A stretch of DNA of 64,000 nt, taken from the IMG/VR virus record IMGVR_UViG_3300021399_000131, positions 26,387 to 90,386 of that record. The stretch is one strand, 5' to 3'. How positions within the stretch are numbered: the first letter of the stretch is position 1; each line of letters opens with the position of its first letter. The stretch is from a virus (lineage: Duplodnaviria; Caudoviricetes). A program made the position numbers and the translations under genes. The notes beneath the pieces were generated by a model, which worked only from the letters and a program-made list of their open reading frames with translations, was not told the origin of the DNA and made no database searches. This document shows, piece by piece, positions 1 to 9,185 of this stretch.

Positions 1-1
1 T

Positions 2-103
2 TCAGATGTACTGATGGGAGTGATGGAAGAAGGCGAATTGAAGATTGTCGAGAATGTTGACCTCAGTCCCGATGATTATGAACTTGCAGAAGAGGTTAAA
101 TAA
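2..103 (+). CDS. C-terminal fragment of an upstream gene (SDVLMGVMEEGELKIVENVDLSPDDYELAEEVK*)
   Basis: Open frame from the window edge to TAA at 101-103; acidic C-terminus; not in the ORF track because truncated. Confidence 0.6.
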   Translation, partial: SDVLMGVMEEGELKIVENVDLSPDDYELAEEVK

Positions 104-162
104 GTAGTTTTACTACATTTTTTAATTATCATTTTTTATTAACTTTTAAAACTTTAATTATT

Positions 163-960
163 ATGATTAAGTTAGGTAACAAATTGAGTTTTGGTTTCAG
201 TGCTGTAGTAGCAGGTCAGAAAAATGCAACAGTAAATGCAGAACCTCGTCTTATTGCTAATTCAACAACTGGTAAGTTTGTAGTTACTGCACCTGTATCA
301 AAGGCTATGAATGTAGCTGTAGGTGAAAACATCATGTTTGTTAACAATATTGCTCAGGTTGAAGCAGCTATCAACGCAAAGGTTGAGGATATTGTTGCTT
401 GGGCAAATGAGAATGGTGTTGATCTTAATACTCGTGAGGGTAAAGATGAAGCTCTTAAGGCATTTACCGTTTGGGCTATTGCTAAGGGAGTTAAGAAATA
501 TACTTCTAAGGGTGAGCCTGTAATGGCAAAGGAGCGTTTTAGCAAGGAGGACAAGCAGAAGTTCATTGAGGCTCATGGTGAAGAGCTTGTAGAAGCTAAT
601 CGTGAAGCTCTCATTGCTCGTGTTGGTAATCCTGACGCTACTGATGAGGAACTGCTTGCATCTATCACTGTTGATGATGTAGAGGCTCCTACTTTCCACG
701 ACGCTGAAGGTTCTAAGACTGCTACTACTTCTAGTGCTACTGGAGTTGGTTGCCAGCTTAACTTTACCGATACTTCAATTTGGAATACTCTTAAGGCTGA
801 CCTGGGAGAGGACAAGGAGAAGAAGAATCGTGTATTCGATGTGCTGCTCGATGAGGCATTTGAAATGCAGATTTCAAACGGCTACGAGGTGGTAAGCACA
901 ATGGCATACCCGATTGAGTTCAAAGCTGATGAAGACCCTATCGTTCGTGAGAAGAAGTAA
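163..960 (+). CDS. Conserved crAss-like replication-region protein, possibly ssDNA-binding
   Basis: 265-aa ORF with highly-expressed-type codon bias, followed by a terminator; lies directly before SSB and primase. Function inferred from context only. Confidence 0.6.
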   Translation: MIKLGNKLSFGFSAVVAGQKNATVNAEPRLIANSTTGKFVVTAPVSKAMNVAVGENIMFVNNIAQVEAAINAKVEDIVAWANENGVDLNTREGKDEALKAFTVWAIAKGVKKYTSKGEPVMAKERFSKEDKQKFIEAHGEELVEANREALIARVGNPDATDEELLASITVDDVEAPTFHDAEGSKTATTSSATGVGCQLNFTDTSIWNTLKADLGEDKEKKNRVFDVLLDEAFEMQISNGYEVVSTMAYPIEFKADEDPIVREKK

Positions 961-983
961 TTTCTGATAGGACTATTCAAGCT

Positions 984-1020
984 AAGGGAGTGATATAACT
1001 TCGTATCACTCCCTTTTATT
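984..1020 (+). terminator. Intrinsic terminator
   Basis: Stem AAGGGAGTGATA / TATCACTCCCTT followed by TTATT, just after the stop at 960. Confidence 0.85.
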
Positions 1021-1052
1021 ATCTTTATTAATTAACTAAATCGTTTAACAAA

Positions 1053-1940
1053 ATGGCAGAACAAGTTAAAAAAGCTAGAAGAGGAGTAAGTAATGCTACA
1101 CAAGCAACTTCTCAACTAAAATTTCATGAGAAAGATGCCGCACAAAATGGTTTATTTGTTGGACATCTTGAGTCGATTAGTGTTGAATGGAGCGTAAATG
1201 CTGATGGAAAGATGTTTACAGGATTGAAATGTCCTCGTCTTTCATTACATTTTACTAGTAATCATAGTAATCCTCAAGAACAACGTCATGTTTATCATAG
1301 TATAATGCCAGTTGAGAGTAATGTTGATACAATTCCTGGTGGTAAGGAAGAGTGGAAAGTAAACAATGTTCTTAATTGGATTAAATATGTACTTGACGTA
1401 TTTTATCTTAAAGGTCGTATGCTTACTGAAAAAGAGGAAGAAGCATTAACACTTCCTTTTGAAGATTTTGACGAAAATGGAGAATATGTTGCAGTAGAAC
1501 CTGAAGAGATTCTTAAAGGTTATGCTTTCATCTTTAATAACACAGTAGCAATGATGAATGGTACATTCAATGCTGCTGAAGGAGAAACTCCTAAGCCTTG
1601 TTATAAAGATGCAAATGGTAAACCAATAAATCTTTGGATGAAACTTCTGCGTCATAAGAAAGTTAAAGGTGAATGGAAGAATGTTGGTACTAATGGAGAT
1701 TTAGGTTTTGATAGTTTCATTGGAGCTGGTGTAATCGAGATTCAGAAACCTAACACTCCACCTGCTATTCTTCGTATTGACATTTCCAAAGAATCAATTA
1801 CTCCTAAAGAAATCAAGAAGACACCCACAGTTGGTGTTCCAATGGGAGGAGTAATGATGGGAGGTCCTGCTCCTGCAATGATGGGAATGAATAATGATAC
1901 GAGTGCATTTGCCGAGGCTGCTGAAGAAATGCCATTTTAA
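1053..1940 (+). CDS. ssb: Single-stranded DNA-binding protein (crAss-type)
   Basis: 295 aa with a Gly/Pro/Met-rich flexible tail ending in acidic AEEMPF, the typical SSB C-terminal tip; located upstream of primase. Confidence 0.7.
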   Translation: MAEQVKKARRGVSNATQATSQLKFHEKDAAQNGLFVGHLESISVEWSVNADGKMFTGLKCPRLSLHFTSNHSNPQEQRHVYHSIMPVESNVDTIPGGKEEWKVNNVLNWIKYVLDVFYLKGRMLTEKEEEALTLPFEDFDENGEYVAVEPEEILKGYAFIFNNTVAMMNGTFNAAEGETPKPCYKDANGKPINLWMKLLRHKKVKGEWKNVGTNGDLGFDSFIGAGVIEIQKPNTPPAILRIDISKESITPKEIKKTPTVGVPMGGVMMGGPAPAMMGMNNDTSAFAEAAEEMPF

Positions 1941-1960
1941 ACGTTATATTTAATCTTTTT

Positions 1961-1998
1961 AAGGGTGCTGCTCGTATGAGTGGTACCCTTTTTTTTTT
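1961..1998 (+). terminator. Intrinsic terminator
   Basis: Stem AAGGGTGCTGCTC-GTAT-GAGTGGTACCCTT followed by a long T run. Confidence 0.85.
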
Positions 1999-2001
1999 GA
2001 C

Positions 2002-3219
2002 ATGAAGAGGAATCCGAATACTAATCATCTAACTAAAGACTATATCGAATCAAAGATTAGTCAAGTTAGTATTATGTCTAAATATCTTGACATACCTGTT
2101 GAGGTAATCAATGATTGTATAGAACATAATAAGCTTATTCCTTCTGTCTTTCGAGATGATGGAAAACGTCCTAGTATGGGATTTGCTATAAATAAAAAAG
2201 GACGTTTGAAAGTTAGAGATTTTGGAGGTATTGGAATATTCTTCGATGTCTATGATACTGTCGCTTATGTATTAAGTTTTATGTATGATAGAATAATAGA
2301 ACCTAATAAAAAGTCGGATTTCTATTTTATTCTTAAACATATTGCTTATACATTTAGCGACATTGTTGATAATAAAGAAGTAGATGAAAATATAGACGTT
2401 GAACTTCAAAATGCTTTAAGGAAGGGAAAACAAGCTCAAGCAATTATTGAAATTGTACCTCGTAGTTGGAACCGACATGATAAAGAAATATGGAATAAAT
2501 GGGGTATAAGTCTTAATTATCTTAATACTCACTTTGTTATACCAGTAGAACAATATTATATTAATAGAACTGCTGAAAGTGACCCAAAGTATTATTATAA
2601 AGAAAAAGACCCTTGTTATGCGTATATGTTAGGACAAAATAGAAGGGGAATTTATCTTATTAAATTATATTTTCCTCTTCGTAATCGTTTTGTAGATTTA
2701 AAGTTTATAACTAATTGTAATGTTCTTGAAGGTTTACCTAATTTAGAATTAGATAATTATGATTATATTCTTATTACTAAATCTAGTAAAGATAGATTAT
2801 CTATAGGAAATCATATTGCCAACAATCCTTTCTATAGGGGGGCTAATAAGCTAAATGTTGGTATTATTAATTTACCTAGTGAAAATTATAGATTAAAACA
2901 GAATGAATATGATTATCTTGTAAATAAGTTAAAACCTGAAGGACAAATATTTAGTTTATTAGATTTTGATGCTACTGGACGAAGTGGTGCTAAATATTTA
3001 CAAGAAACCTATGATATTCCATATTTATTTATTACCCGTGGCGAATTTGGTTTAGTAAATTACAAATGTAAAGATTTTGCTGAACTTTATGAGCACTATT
3101 CTAAACAAGAAATTACTAATTTTGTAAATGAAACTTTAACTTATGCGACTATTAAATATCCCGTATGTAGTGAGAGTGGAAGTGAACAAGCCTTTTCAGA
3201 TTATAACTTGCCATACTGA
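2002..3219 (+). CDS. DNA primase (DnaG/TOPRIM type)
   Basis: N-terminal SVFRDD..PSMGF...VRDFGG region and C-terminal TOPRIM DxD (LLDFDATGRSGAKYL...KDFAE); replication-gene context. Confidence 0.8.
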   Translation: MKRNPNTNHLTKDYIESKISQVSIMSKYLDIPVEVINDCIEHNKLIPSVFRDDGKRPSMGFAINKKGRLKVRDFGGIGIFFDVYDTVAYVLSFMYDRIIEPNKKSDFYFILKHIAYTFSDIVDNKEVDENIDVELQNALRKGKQAQAIIEIVPRSWNRHDKEIWNKWGISLNYLNTHFVIPVEQYYINRTAESDPKYYYKEKDPCYAYMLGQNRRGIYLIKLYFPLRNRFVDLKFITNCNVLEGLPNLELDNYDYILITKSSKDRLSIGNHIANNPFYRGANKLNVGIINLPSENYRLKQNEYDYLVNKLKPEGQIFSLLDFDATGRSGAKYLQETYDIPYLFITRGEFGLVNYKCKDFAELYEHYSKQEITNFVNETLTYATIKYPVCSESGSEQAFSDYNLPY

Positions 3220-3601
3220 AAAAGGAAGAACTTGTGAAATAATCATGACCTATCTCACTGAAGAAGAAGAATATAAGATTGATAACGATGAAGTTGTTAA
3301 ACTTGAAAGAGGTTCAGTAACTTTTGAAGTTAGTAAATCTAAAATCTACGCTTACGGAGAAATTGATTTTCGTACAGGAAGCGAAGATTATGAAGTTCTT
3401 GCTGATATGACTTGGCTTAATCATTGTACTCTGAGAGGGGTGAATGTGTTAAGTAATTATAATTATAAACATAATACAGCAACTTCGGATATTCCTAGTG
3501 GTAGATACTATGACTCAATGAGTCCTGAAGTAGTTGCACAATTTAAACATGGACAACTAGGAAAACCGAAACGTACTGTTATATTCAAAAGAATAATATG
3601 A
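3143..3601 (+). CDS. Hypothetical protein
   Basis: 152-aa ORF overlapping the primase end and ATGA-coupled to the next gene; the start codon is uncertain. Confidence 0.65.
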   Translation: MRLLNIPYVVRVEVNKPFQIITCHTEKGRTCEIIMTYLTEEEEYKIDNDEVVKLERGSVTFEVSKSKIYAYGEIDFRTGSEDYEVLADMTWLNHCTLRGVNVLSNYNYKHNTATSDIPSGRYYDSMSPEVVAQFKHGQLGKPKRTVIFKRII

Positions 3602-4047
3602 CAGAATTAGATGATTATACTGTTTCTTTGGATAAAAGTGATATTCTGTTAATAGAACAAAATATAGCTAAAAATGGGGCTGAGCAAGAATTTCTTAATC
3701 AGCTCCATTTTTTAGATTGTTCTAAAGAATTAACTTCTACTAATGGTACTAAAATTAGAGCAATTCAAACTATAGATTATAGATACCAAGATCATGTTTC
3801 TCAAGCTGTATACATACTAAATAATTACCTCTCCCGTAGAGAAGATTTGTTTAATCAACTTGTAGAACTTCATAGAGCTAATCTAAAGTTTGAAGAAGAT
3901 AATCCTCCTGTATGGTACACAAAGAAGAAATGGACTAAAAAGAGGAAAGCTAATGTTGTTCCAAAAGAACCTAAGAAACGTATTACTAAAGAAAGTGTTA
4001 AACAAATAAGACTTAATAGTCTAGTATTAAAACTTAAACCAAAATGA
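3598..4047 (+). CDS. Hypothetical protein with basic C-terminus
   Basis: 149 aa, ATGA overlaps on both sides. Confidence 0.7.
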   Translation: MTELDDYTVSLDKSDILLIEQNIAKNGAEQEFLNQLHFLDCSKELTSTNGTKIRAIQTIDYRYQDHVSQAVYILNNYLSRREDLFNQLVELHRANLKFEEDNPPVWYTKKKWTKKRKANVVPKEPKKRITKESVKQIRLNSLVLKLKPK

Positions 4048-5249
4048 ATTTTCAAAGATTATTTAAACGAAATGCTCATGGTGAAATATTAGAATGGATG
4101 ATAAGTCGAAGAGATGATGGAACTCTAGATATTGTACATGGTGTATATGGTAAAAAACATATTACTGATGTAATTTTACCCACAAAAAAGAAAGTAGATG
4201 AGTTAGAATCTAGAGTACAAGAGAAACGTAAACAAGGTTATAAAGCATTAACTGATTTGTATGATAATGCACCAGAATCTTTAAAAAGCGTTAAAGATGA
4301 ATATAATTATCTTAATACTTATCTTCCTAAATATAACACTACTTCTGAAGGTTTTGTTCTTCCAATGTTAGCTAAAACATTAGAAGATAACAAACCTTTT
4401 GAAAGACTTGGTTCTATGTTAGGACAATGGAAAATTAATGGTCTTAGATGCATTGTTGGTGCTGAAACTACAGATGATATGTTTAAACCTATTAAGTTTA
4501 CGTATCATAGTAGAGAAGGTATTGATTGGACTGAAAATATGGCATGGTATGATGAAATTCTAATAGAACAAATAAATAAAGATTTACTGGAAAGTATGGT
4601 TTATTTAGATGTTTGTTTAGATGGTGAATTATATCTACCAGGATATTCAGTAAATGAAATTAATTCTTTTGTTAAAAATAGTAAACTTCCTCAACATTAT
4701 CTATTGCAATATTGGATTTATGACCTTTGTGATACTGATACTTCAGCATTATTCAGAGAATATAAGATAATTAAAGGATTCAAATGTGGAGTTTGTGATT
4801 TTATAACTAGTAAAGAACGTCATTTGAGTAATGAAAAACAATTAATAGTTTTACCTAGTCATGAAATAGCTGATATAACTAAAGCTATTCAATTTAGAGA
4901 TGTTTTTATAGGTCTAGGATTTGAAGGTCTTATAGTTCGTGACACTAACGCTGATTATCAGTTTGGTAAACGTAATAGCGCAATGTTCAAATATAAAAGG
5001 AAAGAAGATGGTTTGTTTGAAGTAGTAGATATTAAAGAAGATAAACGTGGTTTACCTATTTATACTCTTAAAAATGATATTAATGATGAATTATTTGAAT
5101 GTACTATTAATCTCCCTCAATCAGCTCAGAAAACTCAACTTAGTATGAAAGATCAACTTATTGGTAAAAAAGGCTTAGTTGAGTATCGTGAGCGTAGTGG
5201 TGTTAAAGAAGTTCCATTTCACGCAAAATTAATAAAAATATTCGTATGA
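4044..5249 (+). CDS. ATP-dependent DNA ligase with N-terminal extension
   Basis: Motif I QWKINGLRC, motif III LDGELY, IIIa YWIYD, IV FEGLIVR, V MFKYK, and a C-terminal OB-fold region. Confidence 0.9.
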   Translation: MNFQRLFKRNAHGEILEWMISRRDDGTLDIVHGVYGKKHITDVILPTKKKVDELESRVQEKRKQGYKALTDLYDNAPESLKSVKDEYNYLNTYLPKYNTTSEGFVLPMLAKTLEDNKPFERLGSMLGQWKINGLRCIVGAETTDDMFKPIKFTYHSREGIDWTENMAWYDEILIEQINKDLLESMVYLDVCLDGELYLPGYSVNEINSFVKNSKLPQHYLLQYWIYDLCDTDTSALFREYKIIKGFKCGVCDFITSKERHLSNEKQLIVLPSHEIADITKAIQFRDVFIGLGFEGLIVRDTNADYQFGKRNSAMFKYKRKEDGLFEVVDIKEDKRGLPIYTLKNDINDELFECTINLPQSAQKTQLSMKDQLIGKKGLVEYRERSGVKEVPFHAKLIKIFV

Positions 5250-5440
5250 ATGAAGAATGGTTATATATAATGGATTATGCTGATTGTAATATTTATAAAT
5301 TAAATATTACAGATATAGAAGATGACGATATTGAACGAATAATTGGACCTTATGGGTTTAATATTGACGAATGTGCTTATATGTATAGTGATTCTGAATT
5401 AGATAGTATTAAAGAATTAACAGAGGAGGACAAAGTATGA
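5246..5440 (+). CDS. Small acidic hypothetical protein
   Basis: 64 aa, ATGA-coupled to the ligase and to the next ORF. Confidence 0.65.
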   Translation: MNEEWLYIMDYADCNIYKLNITDIEDDDIERIIGPYGFNIDECAYMYSDSELDSIKELTEEDKV

Positions 5441-5700
5441 TTATATTTGCAATTTTAGGAATAATCTTTCTTGTAGCTATATTAGTAAATATTGTTGTTG
5501 CTATTATACAAGAAGTGTTATCGAAAGAAGACAATAGAGTTTATTGTATAAGTCATTGTTTTTATAAAGGCATTGATTGGATGATTATACCTACTATAGT
5601 TGTAGAGAAAGGTCATCTAGATAAGCATAGTGCTTTAAGTATTAGATTTCAATGGCTTTGCGTCAATTACGAATTGTTTTATCATATTAAAGAAGAATGA
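5437..5700 (+). CDS. Small membrane-anchored hypothetical protein
   Basis: N-terminal hydrophobic helix IIFAILGIIFLVAILVNIVVAII. Confidence 0.65.
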   Translation: MIIFAILGIIFLVAILVNIVVAIIQEVLSKEDNRVYCISHCFYKGIDWMIIPTIVVEKGHLDKHSALSIRFQWLCVNYELFYHIKEE

Positions 5701-5767
5701 ATATTGCATCTATAGATGATGAAGATGAAGATTCTATTGCTTATCGTATAGGTTAAATTAGTATTAT

Positions 5768-5818
5768 TAGCACCCCTATAGAAGAAATGTGATGAAATTC
5801 CATTCCTCTATAGGGGAT
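5768..5818. repeat. Inverted pair of CCCCTATAG motifs forming a hairpin (probable terminator or regulatory site)
   Basis: TAGCACCCCTATAGAAG at 5768-5784 and TTCCTCTATAGGGGAT at 5803-5818 are complementary. Confidence 0.75.
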
Positions 5819-5848
5819 TTATCATGCTAATTTGCTAAATTTCCTATC

Positions 5849-5921
5849 TCTCGTAACTTGTATTGCATTTTAGGTACAATATAGATAAGTCGTCCATCTG
5901 ACGAATTATCGTGTCTGAAAT
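5849..5921 (+). repeat. Dispersed ~73-bp intergenic element, copy A
   Basis: Aligns with 13752-13823 (TCTCGTAAC..TTGC.TTTTA..GATAA.TC.T.CATCT..AATTATCGTGTCT.AAAT). Confidence 0.75.
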
Positions 5922-5946
5922 CGCAAATAAAAATTTTGTAAAACTT

Positions 5947-5977
5947 TTTGTTTAATCAAATTAATTTTGTATATTTG
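5947..5977 (+). promoter_or_regulatory. Bacteroidota primary-sigma promoter
   Basis: TTTG (5947-5950), 19-bp spacer, TATATTTG (5970-5977): matches the -33 TTTG / -7 TAnnTTTG consensus. Confidence 0.8.
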
Positions 5978-5980
5978 TGT

Positions 5981-6211
5981 ATGAAAGCAACAATAGAAGT
6001 TTATTTAAATGACATAATTAAAGGTCGTTCAAATAACAAATTATGTCCAGCAGCATTTGCTGCATTACAATCTAAATTAAGACAATTTTTAGATGGTAGA
6101 TATAAAATATTTGTATTAGCTGCTAGTGATACTAGTGCTATAATTAAATATCAAGGTGTCGAATATCATACTTATTATGATTATGAAAAAGAAAAGTATA
6201 TTGTTGAATAA
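5981..6211 (+). CDS. Hypothetical protein (MKATIEVYLND...)
   Basis: The track's start at 5948 overlaps the promoter; ATG 5981 lies just after the -7 element. Confidence 0.65.
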   Translation: MKATIEVYLNDIIKGRSNNKLCPAAFAALQSKLRQFLDGRYKIFVLAASDTSAIIKYQGVEYHTYYDYEKEKYIVE

Positions 6212-6305
6212 GCCCTTCATTCCTTATGAAATTCGTGCTTATGATAAACAAAAACTAAGAGAGAGTATTAATAAAATGTTTAAAGCTAAAATGTTGTGTT
6301 GAATT

Positions 6306-6518
6306 ATGACAAAATATACTAGTACTAGATTTGGTAGGCTATATCAAATAAATAAGACATTTGTAGTAGCCGATAGCATTGAAGAAGCTATAGATTTATT
6401 TAAATTAGATACTGGTGGTGCAACAGAAATCTATGAAATATTTGCTATGAGCAAAATTCATCCTAATTGTTCGCAATTTGTTATTGTAGGAGATAGTGTT
6501 GCATCTGAAGATAAATAA
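6306..6518 (+). CDS. Hypothetical protein
   Basis: 70-aa ORF in a run of short co-oriented genes. Confidence 0.6.
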   Translation: MTKYTSTRFGRLYQINKTFVVADSIEEAIDLFKLDTGGATEIYEIFAMSKIHPNCSQFVIVGDSVASEDK

Positions 6519-6530
6519 ATTAAAAATATT

Positions 6531-6776
6531 ATGATTCATGAAAAATGTAAGAATTGTTCAGAATTAGTTATCCCTTACTTTGGTTTTCATAGAAAACCTA
6601 ATAGAGAACTATCAGAAAAATTGAAAATGGGAACGTGTAAGTGCAATGTAGATGAATTTGATAAAAAAGGTGAAGGGTATTATGGTTATTGTCATCCTGA
6701 TGAATGTAAGGGACCTGGACATAGATATTACTTAAATTATGATATGCTTAATGGTTGTATTAAATTTATTGACTAA
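6531..6776 (+). CDS. Cys-rich small protein, possibly metal-binding
   Basis: CKNC, CKC, CHPDEC and a terminal GC in 81 aa. Confidence 0.6.
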   Translation: MIHEKCKNCSELVIPYFGFHRKPNRELSEKLKMGTCKCNVDEFDKKGEGYYGYCHPDECKGPGHRYYLNYDMLNGCIKFID

Positions 6777-6795
6777 ATTAAACTTGTTATTGACT

Positions 6796-7173
6796 ATGAT
6801 AGAAGAAAGATATTGCTCTTATGAAGTTAGTGACCTTCTTAGAGAAAAAGGTTTTGATGAACCTTGCAGAAGTTATTATCTTGATAAACATGATTATCGC
6901 AAATGTGCTATGAGCCTTAATAAACATAATTTAATGGATTGGAATATCCTTAGACCAACACATCAAATGGCTATGGATTGGTTGAGAGAAATACATAAAC
7001 TGCACATTGAGATATATGCTAATGCCAGTGGTTATAAGTTTATTATCAGTAGGCCTGGTGGTGATGGCACTGACTTGGTGACTGATGCCAAAGGTCCCAA
7101 TGATGGTAATGCTTGGGATGATTATAAAGATGTAGTTGAGGCTGCATTGAAAGTTTGTTTAAATTTTGTTTAA
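6796..7173 (+). CDS. Bacteroidota phage hypothetical protein (MIEERYCSYEVSDLLREKGFDEPC...)
   Basis: Likely start at ATG 6796; contains PTHQMAMDWLRE..LHIEI, a pattern I recall from Bacteroidales phage hypotheticals. Confidence 0.65.
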   Translation: MIEERYCSYEVSDLLREKGFDEPCRSYYLDKHDYRKCAMSLNKHNLMDWNILRPTHQMAMDWLREIHKLHIEIYANASGYKFIISRPGGDGTDLVTDAKGPNDGNAWDDYKDVVEAALKVCLNFV

Positions 7174-7193
7174 CTAATTTAATAAAATAAATT

Positions 7194-7664
7194 ATGGAAA
7201 AAGAAGTAAAAATTGTTCCACCCGAAGGTTATGAGGTGGATAGAGAGAACTCAACATTTGATTGTATTAAGTTTAAACTTATTCAATCTAAAAGATGGAG
7301 AGATAGCAATCCTCGTGTAAACGGGTGGTATTTACGTGATGATAAGATACTAGGTGCGTATGTTGGAGTTACTTGGAAAAATAATTTTGATATATTTGCC
7401 ACTGAGAAACAAGCAAAATCTGCACTTGCTATGGCTCAGATTAGTCAGATTATAGCTAATGATGAAAGATTTGGAGGTGTTGTGACTGATGAAGAGTGGA
7501 AAGATGACACCTTAAAATATGTTCTTGTTCGTAAGAACGAAGAAATATCTACTGAGGCACGATTATACACTTACACTTTTCTTGCCTTCCACACAGAAGA
7601 ACAACGTGATTTGTTCTTAAAAGAGAATGAAGATTTAGTTAAAGATTATTTAATGATTGATTAA
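7194..7664 (+). CDS. Bacteroidota phage hypothetical protein
   Basis: 156 aa; FATEKQAKSALAMAQISQ and FLAFHTEEQRDLFLKEN patterns; AT-rich translation initiation region. Confidence 0.7.
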   Translation: MEKEVKIVPPEGYEVDRENSTFDCIKFKLIQSKRWRDSNPRVNGWYLRDDKILGAYVGVTWKNNFDIFATEKQAKSALAMAQISQIIANDERFGGVVTDEEWKDDTLKYVLVRKNEEISTEARLYTYTFLAFHTEEQRDLFLKENEDLVKDYLMID

Positions 7665-7665
7665 T

Positions 7666-7949
7666 ATGAATAAAATTTGTACAAGTAAAGAACAATCTCA
7701 AAAACTTATAGATTTAGGGATTGATATTAATACTGCTGATATGTATTGGTGGTATTTTAAAAAAGGTTCAAGAAAAGATACTATGTTGGACCAATGGATG
7801 ATGGCTTCAATGAAAAATTAGATGTTCCTGCTTGGAGCTTTTTTGCATTGCTTAAAATGTTGCCACTCCCTACGATAGAGGAAACAATGATAACAACCAC
7901 TGAAACAAAATGGAAATACACTAATTTGTTTGATATTAAAAAGAAATGA
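7666..7949 (+). pseudogene. Frameshifted hypothetical gene (MNKICTSKEQSQKLIDLGIDINTADMYW ... DVPAWSFFALLKMLP)
   Basis: The 5' half from ATG 7666 and the 3' half ending at TGA 7947-7949 are in different frames, switching near TTTTAAAAAAGG at about 7757-7770; both halves look like parts of one phage protein family. Confidence 0.65.
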
Positions 7950-7958
7950 TTGTCAATT

Positions 7959-8960
7959 ATGAAAGCAAGAATAAAGAAAACAGGTGAAATAGTAAATGTT
8001 GCTGAATGGGCTACCCTGGAATTAGAAATGTGTGATTCTTATGGGGACCCTATATGTATGGCACCAGAAGATATAGAACTCATTCAAGAACAAACTGAGG
8101 ATGAGCATTGGAAAGATGTTCGTGAAAGAGCGGCTATTGCTGCTATGCAAGGAATGCTTTGTTCTCCATATATTAAAAATATTGTGGATAACTTTTCATT
8201 GAAAGATGTCGCAAAATGGGCTGTTATACAAGCTGATGTTCTTATTGAAGAACTTGAAAAGCCTCAAGGTAAAGCAGCACTCAAGGTAATTAATGAAGAA
8301 AATGTTGATAATGCAAATAAGATTGAGCCAAAGTTTAAGGTTAAGTATACTGGTAGTTGCTATAATGTTCTTGAGATAAGAAAAATTAACGGAGTAACAT
8401 TCTATGGAATAGAAGATGAGCCTAACCATATTGATTATGTTCTTCCTGATAATTGCGAAATAATTAGTGGTTATGGTGTAAAAGAAAATGGTTCTCCTTA
8501 TCCTACTAAACCTATTGTGTTTTCTGAGCAGAAGCCTGATAATAAGGTTAAACCAAAGTTCAACGAAGGTGATTGGATTGTTTGGCAAGATAAATGCTAT
8601 AAAGTCAACTATAATGGTTGTGGATATGAATTGGTTGATCAAAATGGTTTAAGTACATCATTAGAATATGGAACTATTGATGAAAATGCACACCTTTGGA
8701 CTATTGCATATGCCAAGGATGGTGATGTGCTTGTAGATGTATATGGAAATATAGGTATATATAAGAAACGCGATTATTTTGATTGGACATCTTATTGTTC
8801 CCTTGGATTTCATGGAGGTTTTCAGAATTTTAAAGTGGAACATGAAAATGATAAACTTCATCCAGCTACCAAAGAACAGCGTGACACTCTCTTTGCGAAG
8901 ATGAAAGAAGCAGGATATGAATGGGATAATGACAAGAAAGAGCCGAAGAAAATTAAATAA
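7959..8960 (+). CDS. Mosaic hypothetical protein with repeated PKF.x.GDWI-type modules
   Basis: Likely start at ATG 7959; modules IEPKFKV, VKPKFNEGDWIV, WTIAYAKDGDVL, HPATKEQRDTLFAKMKEAGYEWD. Confidence 0.7.
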   Translation: MKARIKKTGEIVNVAEWATLELEMCDSYGDPICMAPEDIELIQEQTEDEHWKDVRERAAIAAMQGMLCSPYIKNIVDNFSLKDVAKWAVIQADVLIEELEKPQGKAALKVINEENVDNANKIEPKFKVKYTGSCYNVLEIRKINGVTFYGIEDEPNHIDYVLPDNCEIISGYGVKENGSPYPTKPIVFSEQKPDNKVKPKFNEGDWIVWQDKCYKVNYNGCGYELVDQNGLSTSLEYGTIDENAHLWTIAYAKDGDVLVDVYGNIGIYKKRDYFDWTSYCSLGFHGGFQNFKVEHENDKLHPATKEQRDTLFAKMKEAGYEWDNDKKEPKKIK

Positions 8961-9134
8961 AAATTTAAAGGAGGTGATTATATTATACATCAAGGAACTG
9001 GTAACATTTATCAAGTTATTTCTTGTATAGATAATCAATATCAACTTAAATACGAAGATACTTATACTATTCAGAAATGTGATGATGTTGATAGACATGC
9101 AAGATTGTTGGATGTTCCTAAAGATGTTAGATAA
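8961..9134 (+). pseudogene. In-frame orphan module after a stop (KFKGGDYIIHQGTGNIYQV...)
   Basis: The same frame continues 57 codons past TAA 8958-8960 with a further KF..GDYI module and no start codon. Confidence 0.6.
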
Positions 9135-9185
9135 AAAGGATGCTGAAAATAAAGTAACAAAGTCAATTATAAACGAACGATTTAA

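Noticed and set aside
7755-7772. Programmed -1 ribosomal frameshift
   Set aside because: The A AAA AAG / T TTA AAA heptamers are not in the zero frame of the upstream ORF and no stimulatory structure is obvious; treated as a frameshift mutation.
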